The notes below the pieces were generated by a model. It saw nothing but the letters and a program-made list of their open reading frames with translations, ran no database searches and had not been told where the DNA came from. A DNA stretch of 46,078 nucleotides from Squalus acanthias. Taxonomy: Eukaryota. Within the stretch, counting starts at the first letter, position 1; each line of letters opens with the position of its first letter. This document shows positions 22,650 through 33,850 of the stretch, in pieces. The stretch spans positions 496,001 through 542,078 of the forward strand of contig JASTWF010000324.1 in assembly GCA_030390025.1 (NCBI GenBank). The letters run 5' to 3'. A program made the position numbers and the translations under genes.

Positions 22650-25600
22650 CTGATCTCTCTCAGTCTCTGCTGATTCTCTCTCAGTCTCTGATTCTCTCTC
22701 AGGTCTCTGATTCTCTCTCAGTCTCTTGATTCTCTCTCAGTCTCTCTGATTCTCTCTCAGTCTCTGATTCTCTCTCAGTCTCTCTGATTCTCTCTCAGTC
22801 TCTCTGATTCTCTCACAGTCTCTATGATTCTCTCTCAGTCTCTCTGATTCTCTCTCAGTCTCTGATTCTCTCTCAGTCTCTCTGATTCTCTCTCAGTCTC
22901 TCTGATTCTCTCTCAGTCTCTCTGATTCTCTCTCAGTCTCTCTGATTCTCTCTCAGTCTCTGATTCTCTCTCAGTCTCTGATTCTCTCTCAGTCTCTGAT
23001 TCTCTCTCAGTCTCTCTGATTCTCTCTCAGTCTCTCTGATTCTCTCTCAGTCTCTCTGATTCTCTCTCAGTCTCTCTGATTCTCTCTCAGTCTCTGATTC
23101 TCTCTCAGTCTCTCTGATTCTCTCTCAGTCTCTCTGATTCTCTCTCAGTCTCTGATTCTCTCTCAGTCTCTCTGATTCTCTCTCAGTCTCTCTGATTCTC
23201 TCTCAGTCTCTCTGATTCTCTCTCAGTCTCTCTGATTCTCTCTCAGTCTCTCTGATTCTCTCTCAGTCTCTGATTCTCTCTCAGTCTCTCTGATTCTCTC
23301 TCAGTCTCTGATTCTCTCTCAGTCTCTCTGATTCTCTCTCAGTCTCTCTGATTCTCTCTCAGTCTCTCTGATTCTCTCTCAGTCTCTCTGATTCTCTCTC
23401 AGTCTCTCTGATTCTCTCTCAGTCTCTCTGATTCTCTCTCAGTCTCTGATTCTCTCTCAGTCTCTGATTCTCTCTCAGTCTCTCTGATCTCTCTCAGTCT
23501 CTCTGATTCTCTCTCAGTCTCTCTGATTCTCTCTCAGTCTCTGATTCTCTCTCAGTCTCTCTGATTCTCTCTCAGTCTCTCTGATTCTCTCTCAGTCTCT
23601 GATTCTCTCTCAGTCTCTCTGATTCTCTCTCAGTCTCTCTGATTCTCTCTCAGTCTCTCTGATTCTCTCTCAGTCTCTCTGATTCTCTCTCAGTCTCTGA
23701 TTCTCTCTCAGTCTGGTTCTCTAGTCTCTCTGATTCTCTCTCAGTCTCTCGATTCTCTCTCAGTCTCTCTGATTCTCTCAGTCTCTCTGATTCTCTCTCA
23801 GTCTCTCTGAGTCTCTCTCAGTCATTCTCTGATTCTCTCTCAGTCTCTCTGATTTCTCTCAGTCTCTCTGATTCTCTCTCAGTCCTCTCTCTGATTCTCT
23901 CTCAGTCTCTCTGATTCACTCAGTCTCTCTGATTCTCTCTCAGTCTCTCTGATCTCTCTCAGTCTCTGATTCTCTCTCAGTCTCTGATTCTCTCTCAGTC
24001 TCTGATTTCTCTCTCAGTCCTCTCTGATTCTCTCTCCTCTCTGATCCTCTCTCCTCTCTGATCCTCTCCTCTCTGATTCTCTCCACTCTCTGATTCTCTC
24101 TCCTCTCTGATTCTCTCTCCTCTCTGATTCTCTCTCAGTCTCTGATTCTCTCTCAGTCTCTGATTCTCTCTCAGTCTCTGATTCTCTCTCAGTCTCTGAT
24201 TCTCTCTTCAGTCTCTCTGATTCTCTCTCAGTCTCTGATTCTCTCTCAGTCTCTGATTCTCTCTCAGTCTCTGATTTCTCTCAGTCTCTTGATTCTCTCT
24301 CAGTCTCTCTGATTCTCTCTCAGTCTCTCTGATTCTCTCTCAGTCTCTCTGATTCTCTCTCAGTCTCTCTGATTCTCTCTCAGTCTCTGATTCTCTCTCA
24401 GTCTCTCTGATTCTCTCTCATTCTCTGATTCTCTCTCAGTATCTCTCAGTCTGATTCTCTCTCAGTCTCTGATTCTCTCTCAGTCTCTCTGATTCTCTCT
24501 CAGTCTCTCTGATTCTCTCTCAGTCTCCTGATTCTCTCTCAGTCTCCTGATTCTCTCCTCGTCTCTCTGATTCTCTCTCAGTCTCTCTGATTCTCTCTCA
24601 GTCTCTGATTCGCTCTCAGTCTCTGATTCTCTCTCAGTCTCTCTGATTCTCTCTCAGTCTCTCTGATTCTCTCTCAGTCTCTCTGATTCTCTCTCAGTCT
24701 CTCTGATTCTCTCTCAGTCTCTCTGATTCTCTCTCAGTCTCTGATTCTCTCTCAGTCTCTGATTCTCTCTCAGTCTCTCTGATTCTCTCTCAGTCTCTGA
24801 TTCTCTCTCAGTCTCTCTGATTCTCTCTCAGTCTCTGATTCTCTCTCAGTCTCTGATTCTCTCTCAGTCTCTCTGATTCTCTCTCAGTCTCTGATTCTCT
24901 CTCAGTCTCTCTGATTCTCTCTCAGTCTCTGATTCTCTCTCAGTCTCTCTGATTCTCTCTCAGTCTCTGATTCTCTCTCAGTCTCTGATTCTCTCTCAGT
25001 CTCTGATTCTCTCTCAGTCTCTGATTCTCTCTCAGTCTCTGATTCTCTCTCAGTCTCTCTGATTCTCTCTCAGTCTCTGATTCTCTCTCAGTCTCTCTGA
25101 TTCTCTCTCAGTCTCTCTGATTCTCTCTCAGTCTCTGATTCTCTCTCAGTCTCTCTGATTCTCTCTCAGTCTCTCTGATTCTCTCTCAGTCTCTCTGATT
25201 CTCTCTCAGTCTCTCGATTCTCTCTCAGTCTCTCTGATTCTCTCTCAGTCTCTCTGATTCTCTCTCAGTCTCTGATTCTCTCTCAGTCTCTCTGATTCTC
25301 TCTCTCAGTCTCTCTGATTCTCTCTCAGTCTCTCTGATTCTCTCTCAGTCTCTCTGATTCTCTCTCAGTCTCTGATTCTCTCTCAGTCTCTCTGATTCTC
25401 TCTCAGTCTCTCTGATTCTCTCTCAGTCTCTGATTCTCTCTCAGTCTCTGATTCTCTCTCAGTCCTCTCTGATTCTCTCTCAGTCTCTCTGATTCTCTCT
25501 CAGTCTCTCTGATTCTCTCTCAGTCTCTGATTCTCTCTCAGTTCTCTGATTCTCTCTCAGTCTCTGATTCTCTCTCAGTCCTCTCTGATTCTCTCTCAGT

Positions 25601-27055
25601 CTCTCTGATTCTCTCTCAGTCCTCTATGATTCTCTCTCAGTCTCTTGATTCTCCTCTCAGTCTCTCTGATTCTCTCTCAGTCTCTTGATTCTCTCTCAGT
25701 CCTCTGATTCTCTCTCAGTCTCCTGATCTCTCTCAGTCTCTGATTCTCTCTCAGTCTCTGATTCTCTCTCAGTCTCTCTGATTCTCTCTCAGTCACTGAT
25801 TCTCTCTCAGTCTCTCTGATTCTCTCTCAGTCTCTGATTCTCTCTCAGTCTCTGATTCTCTCTCAGTCTCTCTGATTCATCTCTCAGTCTCTGATTCTCT
25901 CTCAGTCTCTGATTCTCTCTCAGTCTCTGATTCTCTCTCAGTCTCTGATTCTCTCTCAGTCTCTTGATTCTCTCTCAGTCTCTGATTCTCTCTCAGTCTC
26001 TGATTCTCTCTCAGTCTCTCTGATTCTCTCTCAGTCTCTGATTCTCTCTCAGTCTCTCTGATTCTCTCTCAGTCTCTGAGTCTCTCTCAGTCTCTCTGAT
26101 TCTCTCTCAGTCTCTCTGATTCTCTCTCAGTCTCTCTGATTCTCTCTCAGTCTCTCTGATTCTCTCATCTTGATTCTCTCTCAGTCTCTGATTCTCTCTC
26201 AGTCTCTCTGATCTCTCGTCAGTCTCTCTGATTCTCTCTCAGTCTCTGATTCTCTCTCAGTCTCTGATTCTCTCTCAGTCTCTCTGATTCTCTCTCAGTC
26301 TCTGATTCTCTTCTGTATCCTGATTCTCTCTCAGTCTCTGATTCTCTCTCAGTCTCCTGATTCTCTCTCAGTCTCTGATTCTCTCTCAGTCTCTCTGATT
26401 CTCTCTCAGTCTCTCTGATTCTCTCTCAGTCTCTGATTCTCTCTCAGTCCTCTGATTCTCTCTCAGTCTCTGATTCTCTCTCAGTCTCTCTGATTCTCTC
26501 TCAGTCTCTCTGATTCTCTCTCAGTCTCTGATTTCTCTCAGTCTCTCTGATTCCTCTTCAGTCTCTGATTCTCTCTCTGTCTCTCTGATTCTCTCACAGT
26601 CTCTGATTCTCTCTCAGTCTCTCTGATTCTCTCTCTGTCTCTCTGATTCCTCATCTCAGTGATTATCTCTCCGTCTCTCTGATTCCTCTTCTCCAGTCTC
26701 TGATTCTCTCTCAGTCTCTGATTTCTCTCTCAGTCTCCTGATCTCTCTCAGTCTCTGATTCTCTCTCAGTCCTCTGATTCTCCTCAGTCTCTGATTTCTC
26801 TCTCAGTCTCTCTGATTCTCTCTCAGCTCTCCTGATTCTCTCTCAAGTCTCTCTGATTCTCTCTCAGTCTCTCTGATTCCTCTCATCACCCGTCTCTGAT
26901 CCCATCATCTCGTCTGGATTCTCTCTAAGTCTCTCTGATTCTCTCTCAGTCTCTTGATTCTCTCTCAGCTCATCTGATTCTCTCTAGTCTCTCTGATTCG
27001 CTCTCAGTCTCCTATTCGCCTCTCAGTCCTTGATTCTCTCTCATCTCCTGATGCT
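22650..27055. other. Degenerate/noisy segment of the array (dense patches at about 22650-22830, 23700-24610 and 25450-27055); probably low-quality consensus
   Basis: Many singleton indels and substitutions (e.g. 23711-23725 GTCTGGTTCTCTAGT, 26881-26920 TCTCATCACCCGTCTCTGATCCCATCATCTCGTCTGGATT). Near-perfect monomers resume at about 27060. Confidence 0.8.
24026..24125. repeat. Sub-array of six consecutive monomers lacking the AGT triplet (17-mer GATTCTCTCTCCTCTCT and variants)
   Basis: Units start at 24026, 24043, 24060 (15 bp), 24075, 24092 and 24109. A normal monomer resumes at 24126. Confidence 0.85.
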
Positions 27056-28140
27056 CTCTCAGTCTCTCTGATTCTCTCTCAGTCTCTCTGATTCTCTCTC
27101 AGTCTCTGATTCTCTCTCAGTCTCTCTGATTCTCTCTCAGTCTCTCTGATTCTCTCTCAGTCTCTCTCTGATTCTCTCTCAGTCTCTCTGATTCTCTCTC
27201 AGTCTCTCTGATTCTCTCTCAGTCTCTCTCTGATTCTCTCTCAGTCTCTCTGATTCTCTCTCAGTCTCTCTGATTCTCTCTCAGTCTCTGATTCTCTCTC
27301 AGTCTCTCTGATTCTCTCTCAGTCTCTGATTCTCTCTCAGTCTCTCTGATTCTCAGTCTCTGATTCTCTCTCAGTCTCTCTGATTCTCTCTCAGTCTCTG
27401 ATTCTCTCTCAGTCTCTCTGATTCTCTCTCAGTCTCTCTGATTCTCTCTCAGTCTCTGATTCTCTCTCAGTCTCTCTGATTCTCTCTCAGTCTCTGATTC
27501 TCTCTCAGTCTCTCTGATTCTCTCTCAGTCTCTGATTCTCTCTCAGTCTCTCTGATTCTCTCTCAGTCTCTGATTCTCTCTCAGTCTCTCTGATTCTCTC
27601 TCAGTCTCTCTGATTCTCTCTCAGTCTCTCTGATTCTCTCTCAGTCTCTCTGATTCTCTCTCAGTCTCTCTGATTCTCTCTCAGTCTCTGATTCTCTCTC
27701 AGTCTCTCTGATTCTCTCTCAGTCTCTGATTCTCTCTCAGTCTCTCTGATTCTCTCTCAGTCTCTCTGATTCTCTCTCAGTCTCTGATTCTCTCTCAGTC
27801 TCTCTGATTCTCTCTCAGTCTCTCTGATTCTCTCTCAGTCTCTCTGATTCTCTCTCAGTCTCTGATTCTCTCTCAGTCTCTCTGATTCTCTCTCAGTCTC
27901 TGATTCTCTCTCAGTCTCTCTGATTCTCTCTCAGTCTCTGATTCTCTCTCAGTCTCTCTGATTCTCTCTCAGTCTCTCTGATTCTCTCTCAGTCTCTCTG
28001 ATTCTCTCTCAGTCTCTCTGATTCTCTCTCAGTCTCTCTGATTCTCTCTCAGTCTCTGATTCTCTCTCAGTCTCTGATTCTCTCTCAGTCTCTCTGATTC
28101 TCTCTCAGTCTCTGATTCTCTCTCAGTCTCTGATTCTCTC

Positions 28141-29040
28141 TCAGTCTCTGATTCTCTCTCAGTCTCTGATTCTCTCTCAGTCTCTCTGATTCTCTCTCAG
28201 TCTCTGATTCTCTCTCAGTCTCTCTGATTCTCTCTCAGTCTCTGATTCTCTCTCAGTCTCTCTGATTCTCTCTCAGTCTCTGATTCTCTCTCAGTCTCTG
28301 ATTCTCTCTCAGTCTCTGATTCTCTCTCAGTCTCTGATTCTCTCTCAGTCTCTGATTCTCTCTCAGTCTCTCTGATTCTCTCTCAGTCTCTGATTCTCTC
28401 TCAGTCTCTCTGATTCTCTCTCAGTCTCTCTGATTCTCTCTCAGTCTCTGATTCTCTCTCAGTCTCTCTGATTCTCTCTCAGTCTCTCTGATTCTCTCTC
28501 AGTCTCTCTGATTCTCTCTCAGTCTCTCTGATTCTCTCTCAGTCTCTGATTCTCTCTCAGTCTCTCTGATTCTCTCTCAGTCTCTCTGATTCTCTCTCAG
28601 TCTCTGATTCTCTCTCAGTCTCTCTGATTCTCTCTCAGTCTCTCTGATTCTCTCTCAGTCTCTCTGATTCTCTCTCAGTCTCTCTGATTCTCTCTCAGTC
28701 TCTCTGATTCTCTCTCAGTCTCTGATTCTCTCTCAGTCTCTCTGATTCTCTCTCAGTCTCTCATTCTCTCTCAGTCTCTCTGATTCTCTCTCAGTCTCTC
28801 TGATTCTCTCTCAGTCTCTCTGATTCTCTCTCAGTCTCTCTGATTCTCTCTCAGTCTCTGATTCTCTCTCAGTCTCTCTGATTCTCTCTCAGTCTCTCTG
28901 ATTCTCTCTCAGTCTCTCTGATTCTCTCTCAGTCTCTCTGATTCTCTCTCAGTCTCTCTGATTCTCTCTCAGTCTCTCTGATTCTCTCTCAGTCTCTCTG
29001 ATTCTCTCTCAGTCTCTGATTCTCTCTCAGTCTCTCTGAT
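28141..29040. repeat. Block of at least 900 bp repeated at 36421-37320 (offset 8280)
   Basis: Line-by-line comparison shows an identical L/S order. The only difference seen is CATT at 28762 versus GATT at 37042. Confidence 0.88.
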
Positions 29041-29499
29041 TCTCTCTCAGTCTCTGATTCTCTCTCAGTCTCTCTGATTCTCTCAGTCTCTGATTCTCTC
29101 TCAGTCTCTCTGATTCTCTCTCAGTCTCTGATTCTCTCTCAGTCTCTCTGATTCTCTCTCAGTCTCTCTGATTCTCTCTCAGTCTCTGATTCTCTCTCAG
29201 TCTCTCTGATTCTCTCTCAGTCTCTGATTCTCTCTCAGTCTCTCTGATTCTCTCTCAGTCTCTGATTCTCTCTCAGTCTCTCTGATTCTCTCTCAGTCTC
29301 TGATTCTCTCTCAGTCTCTCTGATTCTCTCTCAGTCTCTCTGATTCTCTCTCAGTCTCTCTGATTCTCTCTCAGTCTCTCTGATTCTCTCTCAGTCTCTG
29401 ATTCTCTCTCAGTCTCTCTGATTCTCTCTCAGTCTCTGATTCTCTCTCAGTCTCTCTGATTCTCTCTCAGTCTCTGATTCTCTCTCAGTCTCTCTGATT

Positions 29500-32400
29500 C
29501 TCTCTCAGTCTCTCTGATTCTCTCTCAGTCTCTCTGATTCTCTCTCAGTCTCTGATTCTCTCTCAGTCTCTCTGATTCTCTCTCAGTCTCTCTGATTCTC
29601 TCTCAGTCTCTCTGATTCTCTCTCAGTCTCTCTGATTCTCTCTCAGTCTCTCTGATTCTCTCTCAGTCTCTGATTCTCTCTCAGTCTCTGATTCTCTCTC
29701 AGTCTCTGATTCTCTCTCAGTCTCTGATTCTCTCTCAGTCTCTGATTCTCTCTCAGTCTCTCTGATTCTCTCTCAGTCTCTCTGATTCTCTCTCAGTCTC
29801 TGATTCTCTCTCAGTCTCTCTGATTCTCTCTCAGTCTCTCTGATTCTCTCTCAGTCTCTCTGATTCTCTCTCAGTCTCTCTGATTCTCTCTCAGTCTCTC
29901 TGATTCTCTCTCAGTCTCTCTGATTCTCTCTCAGTCTCTGATTCTCTCTCAGTCTCTCTGATTCTCTCTCAGTCTCTGATTCTCTCTCAGTCTCTCTGAT
30001 TCTCTCTCAGTCTCTCTGATTCTCTCTCAGTCTCTCTGATTCTCTCTCAGTTTCTCTGATACTCTCAGTCTCTCTGATTCTCTCTCAGTCTCTGATTCTC
30101 TCTCAGTCTCTCTGATTCTCTCTCAGTCTCTCTGATTCTCTCTCAGTCTCTGATTCTCTCTCAGTCTCTCTGATTCTCTCTCAGTCTCTCTGATTCTCTC
30201 TCAGTCTCTGATTCTCTCTCAGTCTCTGATTCTCTCTCAGTCTCTGATTCTCTCTCAGTCTCTCTGATTCTCTCTCAGTCTCTGATTCTCTCTCAGTCTC
30301 TCTGATTCTCTCTCAGTCTCTCTGATTCTCTCTCAGTCTCTCTGATTCTCTCTCAGTCTCTGATTCTCTCTCAGTCTCTCTGATTCTCTCTCAGTCTCTC
30401 TGATTCTCTCTCAGTCTCTCTGATTCTCTCTCAGTCTCTCTGATTCTCTCTCAGTCTCTGATTCTCTCTCAGTCTCTCTGATTCTCTCTCAGTCTCTGAT
30501 TCTCTCTCAGTCTCTCTGATTCTCTCTCAGTCTCTCTGATTCTCTCTCAGTCTCTCTGATTCTCTCTCAGTCTCTCTGATTCTCTCTCAGTCTCTCTGAT
30601 TCTCTCTCAGTCTCTGATTCTCTCTCAGTCTCTCTGATTCTCTCTCAGTCTCTCTGATTCTCTCTCAGTCTCTCTGATTCTCTCTCAGTCTCTGATTCTC
30701 TCTCAGTCTCTCTGATTCTCTCTCAGTCTCTCTGATTCTCTCTCAGTCTCTCTGATTCTCTCTCAGTCTCTCTGATTCTCTCTCAGTCTCTGATTCTCTC
30801 TCAGTCTCTGATTCTCTCTCAGTCTCTGATTCTCTCTCAGTCTCTGATTCTCTCTCAGTCTCTGATTCTCTCTCAGTCTCTCTGATTCTCTCTCAGTCTC
30901 TCTGATTCTCTCTCAGTCTCTGATTCTCTCTCAGTCTCTCTGATTCTCTCTCAGTCTCTCTGATTCTCTCTCAGTCTCTCTGATTCTCTCTCAGTCTCTC
31001 TGATTCTCTCTCAGTCTCTCTGATTCTCTCTCAGTCTCTCTGATTCTCTCTCAGTCTCTGATTCTCTCTCAGTCTCTCTGATTCTCTCTCAGTCTCTGAT
31101 TCTCTCTCAGTCTCTCTGATTCTCTCTCAGTCTCTCTGATTCTCTCTCAGTCTCTCTGATTCTCTCTCAGTCTCTCTGATTCTCTCTCAGTCTCTCTGAT
31201 TCTCTCTCAGTCTCTGATTCTCTCTCAGTCTCTCTGATTCTCTCTCAGTCTCTCTGATTCTCTCTCAGTCTCTGATTCTCTCTCAGTCTCTCTGATTCTC
31301 TCTCAGTCTCTCTGATTCTCTCTCAGTCTCTGATTCTCTCTCAGTCTCTGATTCTCTCTCAGTCTCTGATTCTCTCTCAGTCTCTCTGATTCTCTCTCAG
31401 TCTCTGATTCTCTCTCAGTCTCTCTGATTCTCTCTCAGTCTCTCTGATTCTCTCTCAGTCTCTCTGATTCTCTCTCAGTCTCTGATTCTCTCTCAGTCTC
31501 TCTGATTCTCTCTCAGTCTCTCTGATTCTCTCTCAGTCTCTCTGATTCTCTCTCAGTCTCTCTGATTCTCTCTCAGTCTCTCTGATTCTCTCTCAGTCTC
31601 TCTGATTCTCTCTCAGTCTCTCTGATTCTCTCTCAGTCTCTGATTCTCTCTCAGTCTCTCTGATTCTCTCTCAGTCTCTCTGATTCTCTCTCAGTCTCTC
31701 TGATTCTCTCTCAGTCTCTGATTCTCTCTCAGTCTCTCTGATTCTCTCTCAGTCTCTGATTCTCTCTCAGTCTCTCTGATTCTCTCTCAGTCTCTGATTC
31801 TCTCTCAGTCTCTCTGATTCTCTCTCAGTCTCTCTGATTCTCTCTCAGTCTCTCTGATTCTCTCTCAGTCTCTGATTCTCTCTCAGTCTCTCTGATTCTC
31901 TCTCAGTCTCTCTGATTCTCTCTCAGTCTCTCTGATTCTCTCTCAGTCTCTCTGATTCTCTCTCAGTCTCTCTGATTCTCTCTCAGTCTCTGATTCTCTC
32001 TCAGTCTCTGATTCTCTCTCAGTCTCTCTGATTCTCTCTCAGTCTCTGATTCTCTCTCAGTCTCTGATTCTCTCTCAGTCTCTCTGATTCTCTCTCAGTC
32101 TCTCTGATTCTCTCTCAGTCTCTGATTCTCTCTCAGTCTCTCTGATTCTCTCTCAGTCTCTCTGATTCTCTCTCAGTCTCTCTGATTCTCTCTCAGTCTC
32201 TCTGATTCTCTCTCAGTCTCTCTGATTCTCTCTCAGTCTCTCTGATTCTCTCTCAGTCTCTGATTCTCTCTCAGTCTCTCTGATTCTCTCTCAGTCTCTG
32301 ATTCTCTCTCAGTCTCTCTGATTCTCTCTCAGTCTCTCTGATTCTCTCTCAGTCTCTCTGATTCTCTCTCAGTCTCTCTGATTCTCTCTCAGTCTCTCTG

Positions 32401-33850
32401 ATTCTCTCTCAGTCTCTGATTCTCTCTCAGTCTCTCTGATTCTCTCTCAGTCTCTCTGATTCTCTCTCAGTCTCTGATTCTCTCTCAGTCTCTCTGATTC
32501 TCTCTCAGTCTCTCTGATTCTCTCTCAGTCTCTGATTCTCTCTCAGTCTCTGATTCTCTCTCAGTCTCTGATTCTCTCTCAGTCTCTCTGATTCTCTCTC
32601 AGTCTCTGATTCTCTCTCAGTCTCTCTGATTCTCTCTCAGTCTCTCTGATTCTCTCTCAGTCTCTCTGATTCTCTCTCAGTCTCTGATTCTCTCTCAGTC
32701 TCTCTGATTCTCTCTCAGTCTCTCTGATTCTCTCTCAGTCTCTCTGATTCTCTCTCAGTCTCTCTGATTCTCTCTCAGTCTCTGATTCTCTCTCAGTCTC
32801 TCTGATTCTCTCTCAGTCTCTGATTCTCTCTCAGTCTCTCTGATTCTCTCTCAGTCTCTCTGATTCTCTCTCAGTCTCTCTGATTCTCTCTCAGTCTCTC
32901 TGATTCTCTCTCAGTCTCTCTGATTCTCTCTCAGTCTCTGATTCTCTCTCAGTCTCTCTGATTCTCTCTCAGTCTCTCTGATTCTCTCTCAGTCTCTCTG
33001 ATTCTCTCTCAGTCTCTGATTCTCTCTCAGTCTCTCTGATTCTCTCTCAGTCTCTCTGATTCTCTCTCAGTCTCTCTGATTCTCTCTCAGTCTCTCTGAT
33101 TCTCTCTCAGTCTCTGATTCTCTCTCAGTCTCTGATTCTCTCTCAGTCTCTGATTCTCTCTCAGTCTCTGATTCTCTCTCAGTCTCTGATTCTCTCTCAG
33201 TCTCTCTGATTCTCTCTCAGTCTCTCTGATTCTCTCTCAGTCTCTGATTCTCTCTCAGTCTCTCTGATTCTCTCTCAGTCTCTCTGATTCTCTCTCAGTC
33301 TCTCTGATTCTCTCTCAGTCTCTCTGATTCTCTCTCAGTCTCTCTGATTCTCTCTCAGTCTCTCTGATTCTCTCTCAGTCTCTGATTCTCTCTCAGTCTC
33401 TCTGATTCTCTCTCAGTCTCTGATTCTCTCTCAGTCTCTCTGATTCTCTCTCAGTCTCTCTGATTCTCTCTCAGTCTCTCTGATTCTCTCTCAGTCTCTC
33501 TGATTCTCTCTCAGTCTCTCTGATTCTCTCTCAGTCTCTGATTCTCTCTCAGTCTCTCTGATTCTCTCTCAGTCTCTCTGATTCTCTCTCAGTCTCTGAT
33601 TCTCTCTCAGTCTCTCTGATTCTCTCTCAGTCTCTCTGATTCTCTCTCAGTCTCTGATTCTCTCTCAGTCTCTGATTCTCTCTCAGTCTCTGATTCTCTC
33701 TCAGTCTCTCTGATTCTCTCTCAGTCTCTGATTCTCTCTCAGTCTCTCTGATTCTCTCTCAGTCTCTCTGATTCTCTCTCAGTCTCTCTGATTCTCTCTC
33801 AGTCTCTGATTCTCTCTCAGTCTCTCTGATTCTCTCTCAGTCTCTCTGAT
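29500..33850. repeat. Higher-order repeat of about 1.12-1.20 kb (about 58-62 monomers), four tandem copies, defined by the order of L and S monomers
   Basis: SSSSS runs start at 29654, 30774, 31974 (SSLSS variant) and 33098. The SSSLS motif starts at 30192, 31314, 32516 and 33638. Spacings are 1120-1124, 1200-1202 and 1122-1124. Confidence 0.85.

Noticed and set aside
26640..27055. Possible unique insertion or mobile-element remnant in the most divergent patch
   Set aside because: The sequence still parses as corrupted monomers. There are no terminal repeats, target-site duplication or coding remnant.
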